Shown here: piece by piece, positions 37,229 to 48,400 of the stretch
How the letters are laid out: each line of letters begins with the position of its first letter
How positions within the stretch are numbered: the first letter of the stretch is position 1
From: Thermoguttaceae bacterium
GTDB taxonomy: Bacteria; Planctomycetota; Planctomycetia; Pirellulales; Thermoguttaceae
DNA: 60,945 nucleotides
Assembly: GCA_028694795.1 (NCBI GenBank)
Contig: JAQVKF010000001.1
Span: 1-60,945 of the forward strand
Direction of reading: 5' to 3'
The notes under the pieces: model-generated
The model's database searches: none
The model's input: the letters and a program-made list of their open reading frames with translations, nothing else
What the model was told of the DNA's origin: nothing
Program-made: the position numbers and the translations under genes

Positions 37229-38578
37229 CTATTTCTCGATCGTTTCGGTGCGATGCGGTGGCTGCATTTTGAGGAGTATCTTCTGTTGTAATTGGTTTGC
37301 CTCCTCAGATCCCCTCGGCGGCAATGGTTGTCGCACAAATTGAACGACATAAGGATTCCAGAAGAATTCCTCCTGTAACACATTTCCCTCCGGATCGACA
37401 TGTAAACGACCCACTGGTTGCCCTTTGCCACCCAGATCGTCATCCGCCGTCGTGTATTGTACCACAAAACACTGAAGCGTTTTTCCATTCCATATATACG
37501 GTTCTCGCGAGGTAACTTCCGCTCGAATTTTCGTTAAACTTTGGATTGAGGATAAATCGTTTAATTGACTGATTCCGCCTAATCCTTCCGCATTCTTCTC
37601 CCCTCTCAATCCGCCGCCGAGTGGATTGATCGTCGAGGCGGCTGTTTCGAGCGGATTGTAAGTTTGGATCGTCCAAACTTGTCCCAGCCGCAAGCCAGGT
37701 AATTGGGTTTCTGGCGTCAACATTTCCGCCCAAGGCGTTTCTTCGCTTAGGGGAATCTCGACATGATGAATCTGTGATGCCATCACTTGGACGCTCAGTT
37801 GGAGCATATCGCTTAACCCCTCCGCGCGTAGTGAGCCAGTCATAATGACCAACGGATCGACCGGATTCCATTTGGGGAGATCGACTGTGGAGTGAAAATT
37901 CATTAACTTGCCAAGCGCGTCGAAATACATTGTATTGCGGCAGGTCATCGATAATTCCTCTGGAATCGTGTGACCGAGGAACATCCGCAGCATCGGGGGC
38001 ATCAGTTCGCGAATCGGCAACCGCTCAAACTCGACAAGGCTATCAATCTGCGAAACGCCCGCTCCGCCGATCCGGCACAGGCAGTACGCTTGCCCTAATA
38101 CCCGTGTCGTTTGCGCCGCTGGTTGAGGAGTTGTGTCCGTTGTATCCGTGTTATTTAGACTTTGTGGTGTATCTGCAATATCCGTTGCATTTGGCGTGCC
38201 TGTGCCATCTGTAGGAAAATCTGTATTTTGCGGACTTTGCGTATTTTGTGTCGGCGAGGGAGCGGATTGGGCCGATTGGGAGGATGTATCTGACGTTTTT
38301 TTAGATGTCCGAAAGGGGTTGAGCGAGTGAAAAAATTGGCTTACTCGATTCGTGTTGGCTGGTTCGCCGGCGGCGTTTTCTCTACTGGTGGTCGGCTCTC
38401 GGCGTAAGAGTCGGATTTCCCACCATACGAGCGGTTCCTCTTGACGAGCCTGTAATCGGTCGGTCTCTTGAGGTGGCTCGCCGATCAACATCCATGGAAA
38501 AACCCACGTGTAGACGAACCAGCCGAACGCCGCTAACCATAATGTTGTAATTGCCAATTGATATTTTATTGAGTACAC
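37229..38578 (-). CDS. Hypothetical membrane-anchored protein
   Basis: An N-terminal TM helix (LAITTLWLAAFGWFVYTWVFPWMLIG), a ~110-aa S/T/Q/P/N-rich linker, then a ~280-aa globular-looking region. No family recognised. It is the only long ORF here. Confidence 0.6.
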   Translation of the reverse strand: MYSIKYQLAITTLWLAAFGWFVYTWVFPWMLIGEPPQETDRLQARQEEPLVWWEIRLLRREPTTSRENAAGEPANTNRVSQFFHSLNPFRTSKKTSDTSSQSAQSAPSPTQNTQSPQNTDFPTDGTGTPNATDIADTPQSLNNTDTTDTTPQPAAQTTRVLGQAYCLCRIGGAGVSQIDSLVEFERLPIRELMPPMLRMFLGHTIPEELSMTCRNTMYFDALGKLMNFHSTVDLPKWNPVDPLVIMTGSLRAEGLSDMLQLSVQVMASQIHHVEIPLSEETPWAEMLTPETQLPGLRLGQVWTIQTYNPLETAASTINPLGGGLRGEKNAEGLGGISQLNDLSSIQSLTKIRAEVTSREPYIWNGKTLQCFVVQYTTADDDLGGKGQPVGRLHVDPEGNVLQEEFFWNPYVVQFVRQPLPPRGSEEANQLQQKILLKMQPPHRTETIEK

Positions 38579-39400
38579 AAGAGTATCCTCAGAAGAAAAG
38601 TCTCGGGGAATGGGAAGACGATCCGTTTTTTGACAGGCTATACATTGTTTCGGTAACTTCTTTCCCTGTGACGGATGGATTCCTGCCTAATTCGATTCCA
38701 CTTTTGGGAAAATATCGGCGAACCACGTCCAAAATACCATGTCTAGTGGCCGCAGGACGTTGACATCCTTCCGTACCACTACGCCAGTATAGCGGCTCCG
38801 TTTTGAAAAGGAAAGTTTTGGTCTCTATTTCATTGGATTTTTGTGCTTGAAGTGTGGACTGAAGGGTTCGGTGGATTTCCAAAAAATAGACTTTTCACCT
38901 CTAGGGGCATCCCTTGCGATGTGGACTTGCGTAGAATAGACAAACTGATTTTCCTTTTGGATTCATACGGTTTCCTATCATCGTTCTGATGGCGGATCGT
39001 TGTGGAAATTCCGTGATCCAACGATAGAGCCGGTCAAGTTGATTCCCTGTTTATCTGTAACGAGGTGATCCTAGTGGAAAGGGTGGAGCGAGAGGGAATT
39101 TCGGGAGACTGAAAAAATTTTGACTGTTTTGCGAAAAATATTTGCATTATCCATTTTAGCGATTCGTTGTATTTTATATAACCGTTAAAATGATTATACT
39201 GTCAAGTTATCCCATGTTAAAAACCGTATTCAGGAGAATAGATATATTCTTCCGAATCGGAAAATATGTTGCAATTGAATCTGCGGTTCCATTTTGTGCG
39301 CAGCGCATATCGATATGGACCATGGATTTTTGGATAGAGATAAATACAACGGAGCTTTTTGTTGGTTCGGTCCATTTGGGGATGGATCAGGGGCTGTGGA

Positions 39401-42400
39401 ATGACCTCTGAGACTTTTCAACGTTTTTGGAACTCAAAAGGGACGTTCGAGTTGACGAACAGGACGAACAAACGCCGTCGTTCGAATACGTTTGAACAGG
39501 AGATAAAGAGAGTGCGTAACTTCCGATTTTTATTTTCGAAACGAATTGCGGCGTGGAGTGGTGCGGGGAAACCGGCGAAAAAGAGCGACAAAAGTCTGGC
39601 CTTCGGACGAGGATTGCTCGGCGGAAGTGGCTTTAGAGCACGTTTGAAACGTCGCCTTTTGTGTGAAACGCTCGAATCGCGACAATTGCTTTCGATTTCG
39701 CAACCCCTGGCGAGCTGCGAGTTTCCCGTCGTTGAGGACACGGCTAATACTGTGTCTCAGGAGTCGAACGCGCAGACGACGATTACGGAGGAAGAACTCC
39801 AATCGGTGACCTCCTATTTGGCCAATACGGCTTATCTAGGGAGTACTACAGATACAGCCCATGCCGACAATACCGGCGATGCTCAAACGGCGGAATCACA
39901 AGCCGCGCCAGTTGCTTCGGACGGTTCCGAGATGGCTGATGTCGATATTAGTGTTTTGCCCAGTCCGGAAAATGTGACCGCGTCCGCTCAAAATGCGACG
40001 ACCGTACAATTGAATTGGACGGCGTCGGACGGCGCGTCGGGATATAAGATCGAACGTTTGGACAGTCCGTCAACGGAGTGGACGGTCGCGTTTAGTTCGT
40101 CGAATTCCTATACGGATCGCTGGTTGGATTCCGGGACCAACTATCGTTATCGGGTGTACGCCTTGTCCGGCGGCGAAACATCCGAAGCGTCGGATGAGGT
40201 GAGTGTGACTACACCGACGGCGAATCGGTTGCTGATTACCGATGTCATGGAAACGGAAACCTCGATTACCTTCCAGTTTTCCCAAGAGATCGATACCGAT
40301 AATTTCGAGCGAATGAAAGATACCGCTCTCTATCTGATTCCATTTGGTGAATCCGTGGGTAGTCCTATCTCTGCTTCGGAAATTACGTACACGTCGTTGT
40401 CGTTGACCTGGACGCCGAAATCAGGAACGATTCCGGCCAGTGGAAACTATACGCTCGAACTGTCTGCCCCCTGCTTTCAAGCGGAAGAGGGTGGAACTTA
40501 TTTATACGGCGGAATTGGTGGGCTTCGATTCTCTCTGGTGACATTAGGCTCCGCGACACTCGTCCAACAGGATGATCAAACGCTTCAAGATGGCAGTTAT
40601 TCTGTACCGTTTTGGACGGACTGGAACGGTGACGGCCTTTCGGATCTCGTCGTCGGAATACAAGTTGTTGAGGGCAGCACGACTGTGGGAAAGGTGAAAG
40701 TCCATCTGAATTCTGGAACTGCCACCAATCCAAAATTTCTCGCGGAAGATGCTTTCTTCGTTCAATATCAGGGGAGCGATTTAACGGTGGCCTCGTCCGG
40801 TTGTCTCGGAGCGTTTTCGTTGATGTCGGATTACGATGGCGATGGGAAGGCGGATCTCTGGATTGGACAATCGGATGGTTCGATCTGGATTTATCGCAAT
40901 ACTGGAACCGCAAGCAATCCACTCTTTACGACCACTCGTGTTCAAGTAAAATCGGAGACGGAAGCGGGATATCTGACTGAAAATTTGAACGTCGGCAACC
41001 GAGCGGCGTTCTCGATCGCCGATATTAACGACGATGGCCGTATGGAAATTTATATCGGTAACGTCAATGGTCAGATATTCTACGCCAATGAGGAATCGTC
41101 GTTGGGCGATGGCGTATTTTCCTATCCGCAGGATTTACTGATTGATGGCGACGCGGTTAAAGTAGATGTCGGTCGAACCAGTCCAGTCATCGTCGATCTG
41201 AATAACGATGGGCGATTGGATCTCGTGGTGGGCGACACCAATGGCTATTTGTGGTTTTTCGAGAATGTTGGGACGACCGCCCAGGCGACCTTTTTGGAAC
41301 CGGTATTGCTGACTACCAGTGACGGTGTGCTGATCAAGCTGAGTGGACGCTCACGACCGACTGCCGGTGATTACAATGGTGACGGGCGTGTCGATCTGCT
41401 CGTCGGTTGCTCCGATGGTACGGTTTCCGTTTTTCTGAACGAAGGTTGGGGAAGTGCTGAGAACGGTTCCATTATCAATTGGGATACGACGAGTACGACG
41501 TTTAATTACGTGACTCATTTGCCACTTTCTGATGCTGGAGATATCGTGATTACGCCGACTTGGCCGACCGTGGTCACGACGGGGGAAATGGCGACATTCG
41601 CCGCTCAAGCGACTGGCGGAACCGGGACACTCGTTTATAAATGGTATGTGGATGACGCGACAACACCCTTTGCCACCTCGAACGCGGCGAGTTACACTTT
41701 TACCGATTACGCGACCCATACCATTAAATTGGTTGTGAGCGACGCCGATGGGAAGTCGTCTGAAACCTCTCGTACCTTTGTGGTTAAAACCCGTCCGAGT
41801 ATCGCGGTCACCAATCCGGGATCGCATCAGGTCAATACGAGTGTGACATTTACCGGTACGCTATCGCAAAATAGTCAGTCGATTACCGATCTGACAGGCT
41901 GGACGGTCACATGGAATTTTGGGGATGAGTCGGAAAATGTCAACGGAACATTGACACCTGCACATACGTATGCGAGTGCTGGTACGTATACAGTGACCAT
42001 GACGGCGGTCGATTTGGACGGTCGTTCGAGTATCGCCACGCAAACGATCGTGATCAACGCGGATCAGGAATTGACGATCACCCCTGTTTGGCCGCTTGCG
42101 GTTGTCCCAGGACAGGGTGCGGCGTTTCTTGTTACGGCATCCGGCGGCGTGGGCGATCTGAGTTACGCTTGGTATCTAGATGGTTCGGATACGCCTTTTG
42201 CGACCACGAGTAGTGCCGCGTATACGTTTACCGAGTCGGGTTCGTACAGTGTACGAATTGTCGTGACTGACTCCGAGACTCATTCGAAGGATGTGACGCA
42301 AACTATTACGGTCAAAGGAACTCCGGTCGAAACAATTGCCGATCCAGGTACACAAAAAATCGGTGAGAGTACGACTTTTGTCGGTACGCTTTCGCAAGAT

Positions 42401-45400
42401 GGACAATCGGTCACCGATCTGATCGGGTGGACAATCTCGTGGGATTTTGGCGACGGTTCGGAAAAAGTGACCGGAACATTGACACCTGCACATACGTTTG
42501 TGAGTGTTGGTACGTACACGGTGACGATGAAGGCAATTGATTCGGAAGGTCGTTCAAGCGTGGTGACTCAGAGCGTGGTGGTGAGCGATTCGTCGGTCAT
42601 TGCCGTGACACCGACGTGGCCGACGGCGGTGACTGTGGGCAAAGAGGCGACCTTTGCAGCGACGGCGGGCGGTACGGGCTGTCTGACTTTTGCGTGGTAT
42701 TTGGGCGACGCGACTGAGCCATTTGCGACCGGTACGAGCGTGACTCATACATTTGACGCTAAAGGAAGTTATTCGATTACGCTTAAAGTGACTGATTCGC
42801 AAAGTGGAACAGCGTCGGTACAAAAAACGATTTCCGTTCATACCTCGCCAGAGGCAAGTATCCAAGAACCGGGAGCGGTCTATGCCGAGAATGAATATGC
42901 GTTCACTGGATCCTTGTCGCAAGATGGAGCGAATGTGACTGATTTGGCCGGTTGGACGGTTACGTGGAATTTTGGCGACGGCTCCGAAGCGGTGAGCGGA
43001 ACGCTGCTCCAATCGCATACCTATGCGGAGGAGGGAACGTACACGGTGACGATGAAGGCGACCGATTCAGAAGGTCGTATTGGAACTTATGAGCGGACGA
43101 TTACGGTGAAGCCGGCCTCGTCGCACTGGAATGTGACACCAGAAATTGTGGTACCATCCGGTATGAAGGAAGGTACCGAGGCGACCATTACGTTAAAATT
43201 GACGGACGCCGAAGGAAATGAGATTACCGATTTTACAAATGTGACGGTCACGTGGGTCTTTAGCGATTCCAATACCCCAGTAACGGTGACTGGTGCGTCC
43301 ACGGTCAAAAAGACATGGACGCAGGACGGCATGTACACGGTGAGCGTGATTGCCACCAATGGCGGCGGACAAAAGACGACGGAAAAAGACGCGGCGGTGG
43401 TCGTGGAAAATATGGCTCCGATCGTCGAATTTATCGATATGCCGGAATCCATTACCGCTGGAGTACCGGTTGATCTGTACGTCAAAGTAACCGATCCTAG
43501 CTCGTCGGATAATGCCGTAGTATCATGGTACTTTGATGGTTCTACCACCTTGTCCAATATTGGCACGCATATTCGTTATAGTTTCACGACTTCAGGTGAG
43601 CATACGATTCGTGTGACGGCGAATGACGGCACAGCGATTGGCGAAGCGACCATTACGGTCAACGTGCTGGCGAGTAAAGCCCCGACCGCCGCGATTACGA
43701 TGCCAGGCCAGATCGTTGAGAACGTCGAGGCGACACTCAACGGTACGCTCACTGTTGACGGGAAGGAAATTACCAAAGAAGACGAAGCGTTTAAGGATTA
43801 TACGGTTACATGGAATTTTGGCGATAGTACCGCCGTGACCACCGGGACACTTAAACCGGTACATACGTACACTGCAGTGGGTGAATATACTGTCACACTC
43901 ACCATTAAGTACAACGCCGATACATCGTTGACGAGTACTCAAACGGTGACTGTCAATGTGGTATCCGCGGTGACGCCGACGGGGTCGATCACGCCACCGA
44001 GTGGTGAGATCATCGCTGGTTCGGAATCGACCTTCACCGGCACGATGATGGTTGGTGGTAAGGAAATTACCAAGGATGACGAAGCGTTTAAGAATTACAC
44101 GGTTACGTGGAATTTTGGCGATGGTTCAGACGTGGTGACCGGTACGCTCAATCCGATGCATACGTATCCCTCTGCCGGGAATTATACCGTCACGATGAAA
44201 ATCGTTTATAACGCCGACACGACGATTTCCGATACCAAAACGGTGAAGGTGAATGTGATTTCACAAGTGGCTCCGGTGGGTACCATTACGCCGCCTGATC
44301 GTGTGGTTGCGGGTGAAGAATCGACCTTTACCGGCAGTTTCAAGGTCAATGATCAGGATGTGACCGAAGCGGACGAAAAATTCGGTGACTATACGGTCAC
44401 GTGGGATTTTGGCGACGGTTCACAGGTCGTGACTGGTACGCTCAATCCGATGCATACGTATCCCTCTGCCGGGAATTATACCGTCACGATGAAGATCGTT
44501 TACAACGCCGACACGACGATTTCCAACACCAAAACGGTGAAGGTGACCGTGCTCTCGGATAAGACGCCGACGGGTTCGATTACGGCTCCGGATAAGATCG
44601 TGAAGGGCGATGCCGCGGCCTTTACCGGTACGATGACGGTTGGTGGCGAGGAAATTACCAAGGATGACGAAGCGTTTAAGGACTACACGGTTACGTGGAA
44701 TTTTGGTGATGGTTCGGACGTGGTGACCGGTACGCTCAATCCGACGCATACGTATACCTCTGCCGGGAATTATACCGTCACGATGAAGATCGTTTACAAC
44801 GCCGACACGACGATTTCCAACACGGTAACGGTCTCGGTGACTGTGGAGAAGTCGGTGAACGAACCCGATCTGGACGAAGTGACGGTCACGCTTCCGGAAT
44901 ATGTCGTACCATATCAACCGGCCAATCTGACAATTACGGTTCCGGATGACGCGGATGTGACATGGACGGCGACGGTTGATTGGGGCGATGGTTCTGAAAT
45001 CGTCAAAGTGAATAGCAAGAGCGATCTGAACGTGTGGCACGCCTATCAAAAGACTGGCGATTACGAGATTAAGATCATCGTTGGCACCCAGGAATTTACC
45101 ACGGAACGAACGATTACCGAATCGCTTAACGTACGTTACGGTATTTCACAGGGAGCGGATCCGCACCATTCGGACGAAACGAGTATTTTTATCGCTCTTT
45201 CTCCGGAACAGACGCGTGTGATCCTCGAACAAAATAAGGCGACTGGCGAGCGGTGGCTTCGTTGTGTGAACGATCGCACAAAAATTCAGTTAGATAAACC
45301 TACATCAGGTGGACAATTATACATCTATGCGAGTGACCAATCTTCGTCGATTAGTGTCACTTCGTTGGTGACTTCGAAAGTGACGATTATCGGCGGTGCG

Positions 45401-48400
45401 GGAAATGATTACATTCTCGGCGGCTCGGGGACAAATGTCTTGGTCGGTGGTGAGGGTAATGACTGGCTTTTCGGCGGCGTGGGCAATGGAACGCTGCTCG
45501 GCCTAGGTGGAAATGACCGCTTGATTACGAGCCATGGATACAACGTACTTGTCGGCGGTACGGGGAATAATCGGTTGGGAGCGTATTCCGGTAATGATTT
45601 GCTCGTCGCGGGTTCGACTTCGTATGACGACATTTCGGCATCGGCGACACACGCGTCGGCGAAGATCAATTTTGTGGCTTATGAGGCGATTTTCTCAGAA
45701 TGGATGAGTGGCGTCTCGCTTTCCAACCGTCAAACGGCGATTACCAGTGGTGTCGGCGAGAATGACGCCTATAAACTGGTGCCCGAAGAGACCGTGTTTG
45801 GTGTGGGGACGAATCTCATTGTCGGCGGCCATGGCAATTCTTGGATTGTTGCTACCAAGGCGACCGATCCGATTGTTTCGCTGACTAAGCCAGGTACCAT
45901 TACCGCGGGTAAGGAAACGACCTTCACCGGTTCGATTACGCAAAATGGTGTTAAAATAACGAACACCAAAGGTTGGACCATTACATGGGATTTTGGTGAC
46001 GGTTCCACCGACACGACGGGCACCCTGACGCCAAAACATACGTATACGAAGGCGGTTTCGTACACCGTTCGCCTAACGACGACCGACCCGAAGGGGCGAA
46101 GTGGTTCGGCAACGAAGACTATCACTGTCGCGGCGGCCTCCGAGATTGCGGTAGTTCCGACTTGGCCCAGCGCGGTGACGACAGGTACGGTGACCACCTT
46201 TAAGGCGGCTGCGACCGGTGGTAGTGGTTCGTACACGTATAAATGGTTCTTGGGCAGTGCGACGACGGCTTTTGCGACGGGCAGTTCTGTCAATTATACC
46301 TTCACAACATCCGGAACGTATACCGTCAAGCTCGTGGTCAGCGATACAGCGGGTAAGTCGACGACGATCTCGAAAGAATTTTCGGTCAAGTCGGCTCCCA
46401 CGTTGGTGGTGACCGCACCAGAATCGCCCAAAGCGAATGCGGTAGGAACCTATACAGGCACAATCACGCAGGATGGCAAGGCGGTGACCGACCTGACCGG
46501 TTGGACTGTCGAGTGGAACTTTGGTGACCAAACCAGCAAAGTTACCGGGACACTCACTCCTACTCATACTTATGCCCAAGGTGGAACCTACACCATAACG
46601 ATGACGGCGACGGACAGTGGTGGACGTAAGGCGACCAAAACGCTTTCGGTGGTGGTTGATACGAGCCTTGTGGTGGTGACTTGGCCAGACGCTGGTGTGG
46701 AGCCGAACAAGGAGATTACCTGTGCGGCGACTCCATCGAAGACTGGTTCAGAGCAGAATTACCACTGGTTGGTTAATGGTGTTTCGGCGGGTAACGAATC
46801 AACGCTGAAGCACACCTTTACCGAATCGGGCGACTATATCATTACGTTGGAGGTAACCGAAGGTAGTAAAACGGAAACGATTACCCATACGGTTCCCGTT
46901 AAATTGGCCCCTGTGCCGGTGGTGAATAATCCGGGAAATGTCGTCGTTAAAAAGGACGTTCCATTTACAGGTTCGATCTCGCAAGACGGTAAAGCGGTGA
47001 CCGCTCTGACTGGTTGGACCATAAAATGGAATTTCGGCGACCAGAGCGAAGTGGTGACCGGTACCCTGACGCCCAAACATCAATATGCTTCCACGGGCGA
47101 ATATACCGTTACGCTCACGACGACCGACTCGGAAGGCCGAACCGGTTCGACGACCTATAAAGTGAACGTTATCGAATCGAGCAACATTACGATTACGCCG
47201 ACTTGGCCGACTGCGGTGATCCCGAATAACGCGGTGGCTTTCTCGGCTACGGCGACCGGTGGGGTTGGCGCACTGACTTACGCTTGGTATCAAGATAACA
47301 TTTCGACGCCGTTTGCCACGACATCGAGTGTGAGTCGAGCGTTCACCGCTGTGGGTACGTACATGATCAAGCTGGTGGTGACCGGCACAGATGGCAGCAC
47401 GGCCTCGGTCTCGAAAGAGATTGTCGTTAGGACATCGCCCACATTGACGCTGGATGCTCCTGAATCGGTGAAAGCGAGTGATGGGGCGGCGTTTACCGGT
47501 ACGATTACGCAAAACAGCACGGTCATTACCGATCTGACTGGTTGGACCGTCACGTGGAACTTCGGCGACGAAAGCGATGCTGCCAATGGAACGTTGACGC
47601 CGGTTCATACATACACGGAAGCCGGAACCTATACGGTGACTTTTACGGCGACCGATTCGGATGGCCGTACGGCGACGCAGACAGCCTCGCTTGTCGTGAC
47701 AACGAACCTAGTTACCGTGGAATGGCCGACGATAGGAGTAAAGCCGAACGATAATATTACCTGTACGGCCAACCCTATCGATCCAGAAAGTGAACTTGTG
47801 TACACTTGGAAAATTGACGGGGCCGCGATGTCGAATACGAGCACACTGATTCATATTTTCGATACCGCCGGTAGTTATACCGTGACACTGGACGTGACCA
47901 AAGGAAACCAAACGGAGAGTTATACGCATACGATCGTGGTCAAATCATCGCCTGAAGCGTCGATCACGAATCCTGGTGTATTGACGGTGGATGAAACGAA
48001 CGACTTTTTGGCCACACTAACGCAAGATGGTGGAACGATTGCCGATTTGACCGGTTGGACGATCAGCTGGAATTTCGGCGACGCGAGCGACGTGGTGACA
48101 GGAACGTTAGCTCCAGAACATACGTATACTGAAGCTGGAAATTACACGATCTCCTTTACGACAACCGACTCGGAAGGTCGAATGATTACCGTGACGCGTG
48201 AGGTTGTCGTCTCTGAGGCGATTACGTTAGCGCCGACTTGGCCGAGCGCGGTCACTCCGGGCAAATCAATTGATTTTACGGTGACGGCGGAAGGTGGTAC
48301 CGGCGAGTTGACCTATGCATGGTATTTGGACGATGCGACCGAACCTTTTGCCACGACAGCTGAGGCGAATTATACGTTCACTGATGCTGGTACGTACACG

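Noticed and set aside
43676-44851. Whether the regular ~297-bp repeats could be a CRISPR-like or satellite array.
   Set aside because: The period is far too long for CRISPR and there is no repeat-spacer structure. The units are in frame within one ORF and encode complete PKD-like domains.
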